Shown here: positions 24,770-34,405 of the stretch, one piece after another | Layout: every line of letters begins with the position of its first letter | How positions within the stretch are numbered: position 1 is the stretch's first letter | Origin: Ginkgo biloba | Lineage: Eukaryota; Plantae; Ginkgophyta | Direction of reading: 5' to 3' | Length of the DNA stretch: 34,405 nucleotides | Assembly: GCA_024626585.2 (NCBI GenBank) | Contig: JANKJI020000002.1 | Span: 202,243,026-202,277,430 of the forward strand | Notes under the pieces: generated by a model | Seen by the model: only the letters and a program-made list of their open reading frames with translations | The model's database searches: none | What the model was told of the DNA's origin: nothing | Made by a program: the position numbers and the translations under genes

Positions 24770-25352
24770 ATTAGTTAGACATGCATTCTATTTTTATTTT
24801 CTTTTCCCAATTTATTTTTATTTTTTATTCCACTCTCATTTATATCTTTTATCCTATTTATTTTTTATCTTCTATTATTATCTCATTTCTATCTCTATGC
24901 CGTTTGGCTAATCATTCTATTTTCATGTTCCACTTTTATCTCATTCCCATATTTTATCCCCCTCACATTTCCATCTTCCATTCCATTTGATAAGTAATTA
25001 TATTTTTATCTTCTATTTCCATTTAATTTATATTTTTTTTTTTTTTTTTCTTTCCATAGTTCATTTCCATTCCATCCTTCCATTTTATTATATTTTTCTA
25101 TTGCCATTATGTTCTTCCATTTTGGTTATGTTCCCATTATGTTCTTCCATTTCATTTTGTTAGAATATTTCATTATCATTCATGTTCCACTCCATTTACT
25201 TAGATACAATATTTTTAGTTCTACCATTTCCATTCCCATTTCATTTTTTTGTTTCATTTAACATATTTCATCATTCCATTCTATTTTTACTTTTCTATAT
25301 TTTTTCCATTACACCATTGCATTCAACATAGTATGCATTATTTTTTTTTTGG
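24770..25352. repeat. Pyrimidine-rich low-complexity tract of degenerate TTCCAT/TTCAT units
   Basis: Many TTCCAT units, poly-T runs, and a 19-bp direct repeat CCATTATGTTCTTCCATTT at 25104 and 25134. Confidence 0.7.
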
Positions 25353-25454
25353 NNNNNNNNNNNNNNNNNNNNNNNNNNNNNNNNNNNNNNNNNNNNNNNN
25401 NNNNNNNNNNNNNNNNNNNNNNNNNNNNNNNNNNNNNNNNNNNNNNNNNNNNGT

Positions 25455-26480
25455 TTTATTTATTCCTTATAATTTAGCTAATGGAGAGAAGATTTCTTAT
25501 TAAGGCTAGGACATAGAACACATTATCAACAATATTATTTTTTGCATCATCCATTTGAATTTGTATTGATCCACTTCCTTTTGATTTATGTTCTCCATTA
25601 TCCCCAAGGATAAATCTTTCATCACTTCATTCTTTGACCAATTTTGTAAAAATATCTCTATTTGAGGTCATGTGGCATGAAAAACCACTATCCAAGTACT
25701 AAATATCATACTCCTTATATTTTATGGTGTCCATGAACAAGTGTGTCTAATTATTCTAATCCTTTTTCTCCTTCTCCTCATATGTGGTCTTATTATTCTA
25801 ATATTATCTTCTATTATTTTTTCCACCTTTATGACTTTTTGTTCCTTCAAATTTTTATGAATTTCCACCTCTATAACTAGTGCCTCTTCCATTTTATTTG
25901 TTCCAATAATCATTAGCTAAATGGCCAATTCTCCCACATTTGAAGCATGTTTTATTCTCTCTCTTTTGTTGATGTTGTTGTTTCCCTCAGTTATTTGATC
26001 CTTAACCTCCATATTATCTTTCTCTCACTTTCATAATTTTGATTGGTCTCCATCTTACTCATCAACTAAAATAACATCAAGTTCATCAATGTATAATGTA
26101 TTTTTATCCTTTAAAATATAGATGGTAGTCTTGTAATGTAAAAATCCATCATGCAAACTAGATAATATTACATCTCTCCTTATTAGAGAGTGTATATCTA
26201 ATTTCATTAAATTATTCTCTTAAGTCCTTCATAATGTTTATATTCTTGGAGATAGAATCATGTGGCATCATTCTGGTATTATATAATTTTTTCTTCATGT
26301 TTATTATCCTTGTAGAATAACAACTTTAAATAGTATTTGTAGCTTATTCCATTTCTCAAAAGATAAATATACACCTCTTAAATGGAAAAGAATATGATCA
26401 TATACATTGATTCTAATTAACTTCCTTCCATGTACATTATTCTTATTATAATATTTTGTGTAAATAAGATCATTATGTGG
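25455..26480 (-). mobile_element. Ty1/copia gag-protease, degenerate
   Basis: WNKLQILF; zinc knuckle CFKCGRIGHLAND (~25948-25910); YLDSGFSCHMT (~25690); LGDN..KGSGSI; NVFYVLALIRNLLSIS. Confidence 0.92.
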
Positions 26481-26984
26481 TGTAAAAGGATATTCTCTAC
26501 NNNNNNNNNNNNNNNATACAACATCATAAAAATTATCATCTCCTAATATATCTTTTATTCTATCTCTCCAAGAAAAATAATTTTATTCTCCAACCATCTT
26601 ATCATGCTATGCAAGGATAGTGCAACATGTCATTGTGTAAAACAAGAAATGCAAATAATATTTTATAATAAAATGAGTGACTCAATAAATCACAAATGGG
26701 TGCTTGACTCACCAAAAATCCTCCCATCTCCAAATGGGCATAAAAAAGCCCAAAAAAGNNNNNNNNNNNNNNNNNNNNNNNNNNNNNNNNNNNNNNNNNN
26801 NNNNNNNNNNNNNNNNNNNNNNNNNNNNNNNNNNNNNNNNNNNNNNNNNNNNNNNNNNNNNNNNNNNNNNNNNNNNNNNNNNNNNNNNNNNNNNNNNNNN
26901 NNNNNNNNNNNNNNNNNNNNNNNNNNNNNNNNNNNNNNNNNNNNNNNNNNNNNNNNNNNNNNNNNAAACCTTAAGAAAAAGTGA

Positions 26985-27053
26985 CTTTATGAGGTTTGAA
27001 CTCAAGAACACATTCCTACAAATCAAACTCCTTACCACTACACCACAAATATT
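26985..27053 (-). ncRNA. tRNA-like sequence (tRNA-derived SINE head or tRNA pseudogene)
   Basis: A-box TGGTGTAGTGG and B-box GAGTTCAAACC at tRNA spacing; T-arm TGAG/CTCA pairs; acceptor and anticodon stems are imperfect. Confidence 0.55.
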
Positions 27054-27127
27054 TATCATTTTTCAAATGTGGAAAATATGTATTTAAAAATTTAACATGT
27101 TATTTTTTACATTTAAAAAAAAATACT

Positions 27128-27190
27128 CTATCGAAGTTTTGAATCATGACCTCTTGTTTGAAAACTAAATGTATTCACCAACTAAGTGTT
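27128..27190 (-). ncRNA. Second, more decayed tRNA-like head
   Basis: CTTAGTTGGT (A-box-like) ... AGAGGTCATGATTCAAAAC (B-box-like), followed by a T-run. Confidence 0.35.
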
Positions 27191-27644
27191 TCTCACTTTG
27201 AAATTTAAACTAGTAGAAAAATTATATAAATTTGGATTAGAAAAGATAGGTTTTATTTTTTAATAAGATAAAATTGATAACTCACATGACCAAAGGTGAG
27301 GAAAGGCTTGAAACAAACTTCAATTAGTTTAATTTTAATTTAAAATTTAAAAATTTTGCTGTCTCATTACTTAAACTCTTGATTTTATTTGCATGCTACA
27401 TTTTTCTCTTTCACAAAAATTCCTTCATGGCTTGTATTTGATCTAAATCCTCTACAAACTCATCATCCCCTCTCCTTTTCCCTTACGGCCACATTCATAC
27501 CTCAAACTTGGCCTTTATTTTCTTAAGGCCTTTGACTCCTTAGTGAGTTTAAATTAGCTAGGGTTTCATCTATTATGTATCACTTCTCTTTGTCTTCTAT
27601 AAAAAGGAAAGCATCATCTTAATTCCCTCACCCATGCACTCGAC

Positions 27645-27912
27645 CTGTGATACCATCTTGCACTCCTTGGTTTATCCATGATGTATAGAAAGTAATATGA
27701 TCTTCTTAGGCAATGCATAGGCTATGAATAGTCAACCATAGTTCTCTCCTAGAAACAATTTTTAATCTCTAACTTTCAACTTTTTGGTATCTTTAAAATT
27801 GACCTCTATAACATTCTTACTTCTTTTTCTTCTCTCTTAGTATCAACTCTTAATACAATATGGATTCAATATCATGTAGGGAATTATGTTATTCCTAACA
27901 CACTCTCATAGG
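27645..27912 (-). mobile_element. Short LTR (27659-27900) with PBS; possibly the 5' LTR of the copia gag at 25455-26480
   Basis: Minus strand TGAGAGTG then TGTTAGGAATAACATAATTCC (similar to the copia LTR start at 12886) ... GCA, 3-nt spacer, TGGTATCACAG (27655-27645). Confidence 0.55.
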
Positions 27913-30299
27913 ATTAACTTCCCATGATTAATCTCACATAGAAAATACTTCACATAGAAACCCATTCAAACATGAATGGATAAANNNNNNNNNNNNNNNN
28001 NNNNNNNNNNNNNNNNNNNNNNNNNNNNNNNNNNNNNNNNNNNNNNNNNNNNNNNNNNNNNNNNNNNNNNNNNNNNNNNNNNNNNNNNNNNNNNNNNNNN
28101 NNNNNNNNNNNNNNNNNNNNNNNNNNNNNNNNNNNNNNNNNNNNNNNNNNNNNNNNNNNNNNNNNNNNNNNNNNNNNNNNNNNNNNNNNNNNNNNNNNNN
28201 NNNNNNNNNNNNNNNNNNNNNNNNNNNNNNNNNNNNNNNNNNTATCAAGGGGAAAACTCAATACCTCTAACAATGCATATCCTAAAAATATACATAAAAA
28301 TTCAATGAGCTAAATAATCTTCAATAGAGAAAATATGCTTCTATCAAGATTATGATTTTTTCTTTAAGGAACTGATTAAAAATATGCCTTATACTATTAT
28401 AGAGTAATAAAAGGTAAACTAGATTAGTGTTGGACTAACTTCAAGTATTATAGATTAAGTAACACAAGGGATTCCAAAGAGTTATAGAGAAGTTCTACAT
28501 AAAGTATTAAAAATGGAAGTAGAGGTTGATTGAATTAATCTATATACATTAGAAAAAAACTAATGAGATGATTAATATAATTAAATAATTATAAAAATCC
28601 ATGAATGAGTTAGGTAGTAGTAAAACTTAAAAAGATTGAGAGAAAATATTATGTATAAAATGTCATAAATATAATTACATAAATTAATATTGATTTGATG
28701 AAATAAAAGCTATAAATTCAAGCTATAAATTATGATGGAAAGAGAGTAAAGGTGAAATAAAAATAAATTCAAGTAATTATTTCTTCACACATAAAATATG
28801 AAAGTGTACTTAGGTTAATCTCTAATTAAATAAGAAAAGGATATAAAATAGATATGATAATAATAAACAAAGAAGTTGTAATAAAAATTCAAGGAGAAAT
28901 AATGAAGATAAATATACAATAAAATCATATATAATGGAAATATAACACAAGGCTGGGACTTACAAACTATAAAATATTTTAAGTATAATGGATAGGTATA
29001 TATACTTAAGAGATATCTATTTTTAAAAATTGGCATCGAAGTATGTCAAGTATATGGAATCTATAATCATGTGATGATATATTATCCTATACTATTTAGA
29101 TAAAGTAAAATCTATGAATTTTATGAGAGTAGACCCTAATCCAAGATTAATATTAGATAAAGATATCAATTTAATGAGAATTTCATATTAATAATGGTTC
29201 TAAAAGGATCTTAAATAGGGAAATACTTCAATAAGGAAGTATATATCCAAGGAAAAAGAGAAAGATAAGATGGAATATCTTGAGCCTAAAGTTTATATTA
29301 AAGAGTATAATAAGGTTAGGTATTTAATATTATAGTCTCATAAACAATAAAGGAGACCTTTGAAGATTAAATCTGTCAAAGAAGAAGAATAAAATTATCA
29401 CTAAGTATATACATAAAAGGACTTGTTCATATTAGTAAAAGCNNNNNNNNNNNNNNNNNNNNNNNNNNNNNNNNNNNNNNNNNNNNNNNNNNNNNNNNNN
29501 NNNNNNNNNNNNNNNNNNNNNNNNNNNNNNNNNNNNNNNNNNNNNNNNNNNNNNNNNNNNNNNNNNNNNNNNNNNNNNNNNNNNNNNNNNNNNNNNNNNN
29601 NNNNNNNNNNNNNNNNNNNNNNNNNNNNNNNNNNNNNNNNNNNNNNNNNNNNNNNNNNNNNNNNNNNNNNNNNNNNNNNNNNNNNNNNNNNNNNNNNNNN
29701 NNNNNNNNNNNNNNNNNNNNNNNNNNNNNNNNNNNNNNNNNNNNNNNNNNNNNNNNNNNNNNNNNNNNNNNNNNNNNNNNNNNNNNNNNNNNNNNNNNNN
29801 NNNNNNNNNNNNNNNNNNNNNNNNNNNNNNNNNNNNNNNNNNNNNNNNNNNNNNNNNNNNNNNNNNNNNNNNNNNNNNNNNNNNNNNNNNNNNNNNNNNN
29901 NNNNNNNNNNNNNNNNNNNNNNNNNNNNNNNNNNNNNNNNNNNNNNNNNNNNNNNNNNNNNNNNNNNNNNNNNNNNNNNNNNNNNNNNNNNNNNNNNNNN
30001 NNNNTTTGCAGGAAAAAGTAGAAGAAAATCATACTAAACTTGAATAAGATAAAGAAAATATGAATAATTATTCTAAAGAGAGATATGAATTTGATGAGGA
30101 TATAATTTTGAGATTATGAAGCATTAGGTATAATATTTAGAACTCTAAAAATTTAGCTAGATATTAGGAAAATAAAATGCATTATTTTAATAGTTGTATA
30201 ATTATAGTAGATGAAGATATTAAAGAAATGAAAGATATTCTTAAAGAGAAAGTATATAATGGAGGATTACATGTAAAAAGCTATCTAAGTTAGTTTTAA

Positions 30300-32182
30300 G
30301 AAATAACAAAAGAAGATGAAATTGAAGAAAAAACTATTTCATTTGAATCCATATTAAAGAACGAAGAAATCATATGGTATAAGGATCATCTTAAAAGGTT
30401 GATGGATTAGAATACTACAAAGATATTATTCTTAGCTAAATTTTTAACAAAGTCAAATATGGATTCATGAAATTATAGTATGATAGATATATAAATTCCC
30501 TAAAATAAAATTATTAAAGGTAGAATACATCTAGTAAATACATCATATAGTATTAAATGTGTATAAGAAGCTATTGAAAGTTAATGCATTAGGATATTTA
30601 TTTTATGGTATGCTATATAAAATTTATAAAAACATTAAAAGTAGAAGAAAAATTAAAGAATGGAAACAACTTAATGATTAAATACTATAACTATGTTATA
30701 GGAAACATGTAAAAATAGATAATAATTGAAGGTGGTGAAGCAGAGGATGGTAGGATTTATATTTTACAAAGTAATACCTAAGAATGATATTTATGGAAGT
30801 TATAGAAGAAAAAGAATAATTAATTATAGAAAACTATAAGAAAGAAGAGATGAAGGATAATTAGGTTATAAAGAAACTAGTAAGTCCCATTACTAAAATA
30901 CCATACCAGCATCTATATAAGATAATAATTCTTCATCTTAGTAAAGGAAATAAAGAAAAAATCGCTAAGGTAGGAGACTAATATTGGGATGAAAATACTA
31001 TCATGATGGCACATAATATATTCAAAGAGTATGTTAATGTACTTATACAAATATATAAAGATATTTAAAATGTATTTCATCAATATCATACAACTGAGAA
31101 TAGAAATTGAGGAAGGGGATAAGCTTATAATATAGAGACCTTATCAAATGAATAAAAAATATAAAAAAATTATGTAATAAAAAATTAAAATATTATTTAA
31201 TACATAATGAATATATCTAGTAAAGAAAAGTGAATAGCTATCTCCAATATTCATTTCTAAGAAGAATAATGGAAAATTAAAAATATATGTAGACTTTAGG
31301 AAGATCAATGATGTGATAAAGAAGGATACATTTCCTACAACTCTTATTGAAGAGGTATTGGAGAATGTGTCTAGTAGAGAGATTTATTCTTTCACAAATA
31401 TATTTTTAGATATAATCATATTAATATTCATCTAGATGAATAGTTAAGGACCACATTTTCTATCAAATAGGGTTCTTATGAACATAGGATAATGTCATTT
31501 GGTTTAAAAAATACTCTTAGGAAATTTTCAGGAATAATCACAGTGGTTTTTATGGATTTTATAAATAAATTCTTAGAAATATTGATGAATATTTGGATTC
31601 ATCAAGAAACATATTAGACATTTTATAATAATTATATATAGGTGAAATAAAACTAACATCTTTTTAACTTTGAAAAATGTTAGATGTTAATACCATTTAG
31701 AAAATTGTTGGGACATATAATGTACAAAGAATGACTAATAGTAGATCTAACAAAATTTTGAATTATATTGGAGTTAGAATCTTCAGTAAAACCTTTCAAA
31801 ATAAATAAATTCTTTCGACATACTAAATATTATAGAAATTTTATTAAATGATACACAATGATTGCTAATCCTTTAGAAAAATTATTGAGAAAATATTTAG
31901 CATTTATATGGATCAAAGAATATCAAGAATATTTTGAATAGTTGAAGACAAGAATATATGAAGCTCCAATTAGAGATAAAACAATTTTTAAAAAATTGGG
32001 GGTTGGTTTTATAGTTCCATTTAAACCACCTCTTAGAAGTACCTAGGTAAGATACATCATTATATATAGATATTATGTGACTAAATGGGTTGAATAAAGA
32101 GATACAAGGGATAACAATTATAGTTCAATTATAAATTTTTAATATGAATGTATCTTGGTAATGTTTGGATGTCAAATTAAGT
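30300..32182 (+). mobile_element. Non-chromovirus Ty3/gypsy gag remnant, RT and integrase core, internally deleted
   Basis: gag-like IIWYKD...LFLAKF (~30370-30445); AKVGD/YWDE; RPYQMN; VDFRKIN (31289); KDTFP; MSFGLKN (~31492); LLGHI; YYRNFIK; EAPIR (31960); then FKKLGVGF, YVTKWVE (32074), FGC. Confidence 0.92.
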
Positions 32183-33019
32183 NNNNNNNNNNNNNNNNNN
32201 NNNNNNNNNNNNNNNNNNNNNNNNNNNNNNNNNNNNNNNNNNNNNNNNNNNNNNNNNNNNNNNNNNNNNNNNNNNNNNNNNNNNNNNNNNNNNNNNNNNN
32301 NNNNNNNNNNNNNNNNNNNNNNNNNNNNNNNNNNNNNNNNNNNNNNNNNNNNNNNNNNNNNNNNNNNNNNNNNNNNNNNNNNNNNNNNNNNNNNNNNNNN
32401 NNNNNNNNNNNNNNNNNNNNNNNNNNNNNNNNNNNNNNNNNNNNNNNNNNNNNNNNNNNNNNNNNNNNNNNNNNNNNNNNNNNNNNNNNNNNNNNNNNNN
32501 NNNNNNNNNNNNNNNNNNNNNNNNNNNNNNNNNNNNNNNNNNNNNNNNNNNNNNNNNNNNNNNNNNNNNNNNNNNNNNNNNNNNNNNNNNNNNNNNNNNN
32601 NNNNNNNNNNNNNNNNNNNNNNNNNNNNNNNNNNNNNNNNNNNNNNNNNNNNNNNNNNNNNNNNNNNNNNNNNNNNNNNNNNNNNNNNNNNNNNNNNNNN
32701 NNNNNNNNNNNNNNNNNNNNNNNNNNNNNNNNNNNNNNNNNNNNNNNNNNNNNNNNNNNNNNNNNNNNNNNNNNNNNNNNNNNNNNNNNNNNNNNNNNNN
32801 NNNNNNNNNNNNNNNNNNNNNNNNNNNNNNNNNNNNNNNNNNNNNNNNNNNNNNNNNNNNNNNNNNNNNNNNNNNNNNNNNNNNNNNNNNNNNNNNNNNN
32901 NNNNNNNNNNNNNNNNNNNNNNNNNNNNNNNNNNNNNNNNNNNNNNNNNNNNNNNNNNNNNNNNNNTGGCGTACGTTATTTCAGCGAGGAACTAAGTTCC
33001 TCTAAAGGCTTCTAAAGCT

Positions 33020-33815
33020 AAGAAACTTATGTTATGCAAGGAAATGATAGTCATCCATCATGTTAAGATGATCTCTATATTTCCCTTGAGTTTCTCCTCT
33101 ATAATTTGTGTGTTTATATGGCCATTTATTTTGGTATTATCCTACCATTTACATGGGTTTTTTATGTCCATGAATTGGATGGCAAGGTTGAAATGATCCT
33201 TACCACCTAGTTGACATAAATCATTAGCATGGGGGTTTGAAAGGCCTGTCCATTCCTTGTCACCAATGATTTTTTATACCACCCTATAGATATAGGAATC
33301 ATACACTAGTGTGGGATCAATTATCTCAATTGGTAAGACAATGTTATTTTATTTTATTTTTTCCTTCTTCATCCCTTTTTTCACCTGTACACTTGCCAAA
33401 AAATTAAAATATTCGATCAAACTTCTCATCAAATTGCATTAATAATTATATTATATTCTCATATTCCACCCTACGTATGCTCATAATATTTTTAATGATA
33501 ATAATAATCATCTATGCCTTCATATTGTTAGTAGGTGTGGTTCAATCTTCTTCTTCATATTCATATTATTCAATTTTTTTTTGTTGATCATCCTCTATGA
33601 GTGGTTCTTCATTTATCTCTTTATACTCAAATTTTTTTTCTTCTTTGTCTTCATCGAGAGGATCCTCCATATCTTCTTCCTCAATTTTTTTATAGAGTAG
33701 AATTAATTGATCAAAGTTGTTATGGACCCTTTATGGGTTTCATTATATTTGTCAGAGACCTTCCTTTATCTCAATGATTTGTTTCTTCAGCCATTCTTAA
33801 AAATTTTGCATTATC
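33020..33815 (-). other. Probable TE-derived decayed acidic reading frame
   Basis: Minus strand IEEEDMEDPLDEDKEEKKFEYKEINEEPLIEDDQQ; no family motif recognised. Confidence 0.25.
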
Positions 33816-34405
33816 ANNNNNNNNNNNNNNNNNNTGGAATTAGGGCTCCTTTATTAGGAAAAGAACATTATTTTAATAATATTCTTGAAATATTCCTATT
33901 TTAATTTTTTTCAACCCTAATTTTAACTTTTTTAAATATTATGATAATTTATTTTGGTTCAATGATGCATCTTATGGTTTCATATACTATGTATTTACAC
34001 AATCGCTAATGCATCTTACTTTGAATGCTAGGAAAACACAATAGGACTAATAATATATGATTATGGATTACTATGGAGTGACGTTTAATCAAGTCCCTAA
34101 TACCTAAGAGTAATAAAGAGAAGTGGCATACAATTAGATGGTGAATAGGTAATAAATATATTTATAGAATGATGATGAAAAAGTATATTGGTATGAAGTG
34201 GATGAAAAATTATGTATTATAGAATAATATAGAGGGAGGTAGATAGACATATGATGATAGTAGTTAGAAATGAATAAGGATAAGAGATAAGATAATTAGC
34301 TCTAATACCAGTTGTAATTTTAAAAGCATCTAATAACCAAAAATATAGAAAGAAGCATAATTTTAACCATAAGGTAAAAATATAATAGAAGGAAGTCAAT
34401 CCTAG

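Noticed and set aside
32967-33002. CpG-rich contig edge with palindrome GAGGAACT-A-AGTTCCTC
   Set aside because: Lies at a gap edge; more likely a contig-end artefact or chance than a binding site.
4374-33015. Long ORF-track entries made mostly of X (e.g. 7836-8303, 29423-30037, 32155-33015)
   Set aside because: They are open only because they run through N gaps.
1-34405. CRISPR arrays, rRNA, prokaryotic operons or defence systems
   Set aside because: No regularly spaced repeats, rRNA motifs or gene-dense organisation; content is plant retroelement DNA.

Overview
AT-rich, gap-riddled eukaryotic (land-plant, most likely large-genome gymnosperm-type; inference) draft scaffold made almost entirely of old, nested, heavily C>T/G>A-decayed retroelements: several Ty3/gypsy fragments (gag, protease, RT, RNase H, integrase, short LTRs with PPT/PBS), two Ty1/copia fragments, a near-complete L1-type LINE ORF2 with RNase H plus a second truncated copy, and two tRNA-like (SINE-type) heads. 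The only intact host-type coding sequence is a ~600 bp makorin (CCCH + makorin Cys-His + RING-HC E3 ligase) fragment at ~9594-10205. It sits in the same orientation between a decayed gypsy gag and a PPT/3' LTR, where pol would be, and is truncated relative to full makorin. It is the best candidate for something new (retrotransposon capture of an E3 ligase core), but a 100-N gap on its 5' side and its pristine state make misassembly a live alternative. Other leads: a recurring PPT-short LTR-PBS arrangement, a long decayed extra ORF before a 3' LTR, and a possible ORF in the LINE 3' region. All translations and counts are manual; boundaries of decayed elements are approximate. Most entries in the ORF track are spurious or run through N gaps.
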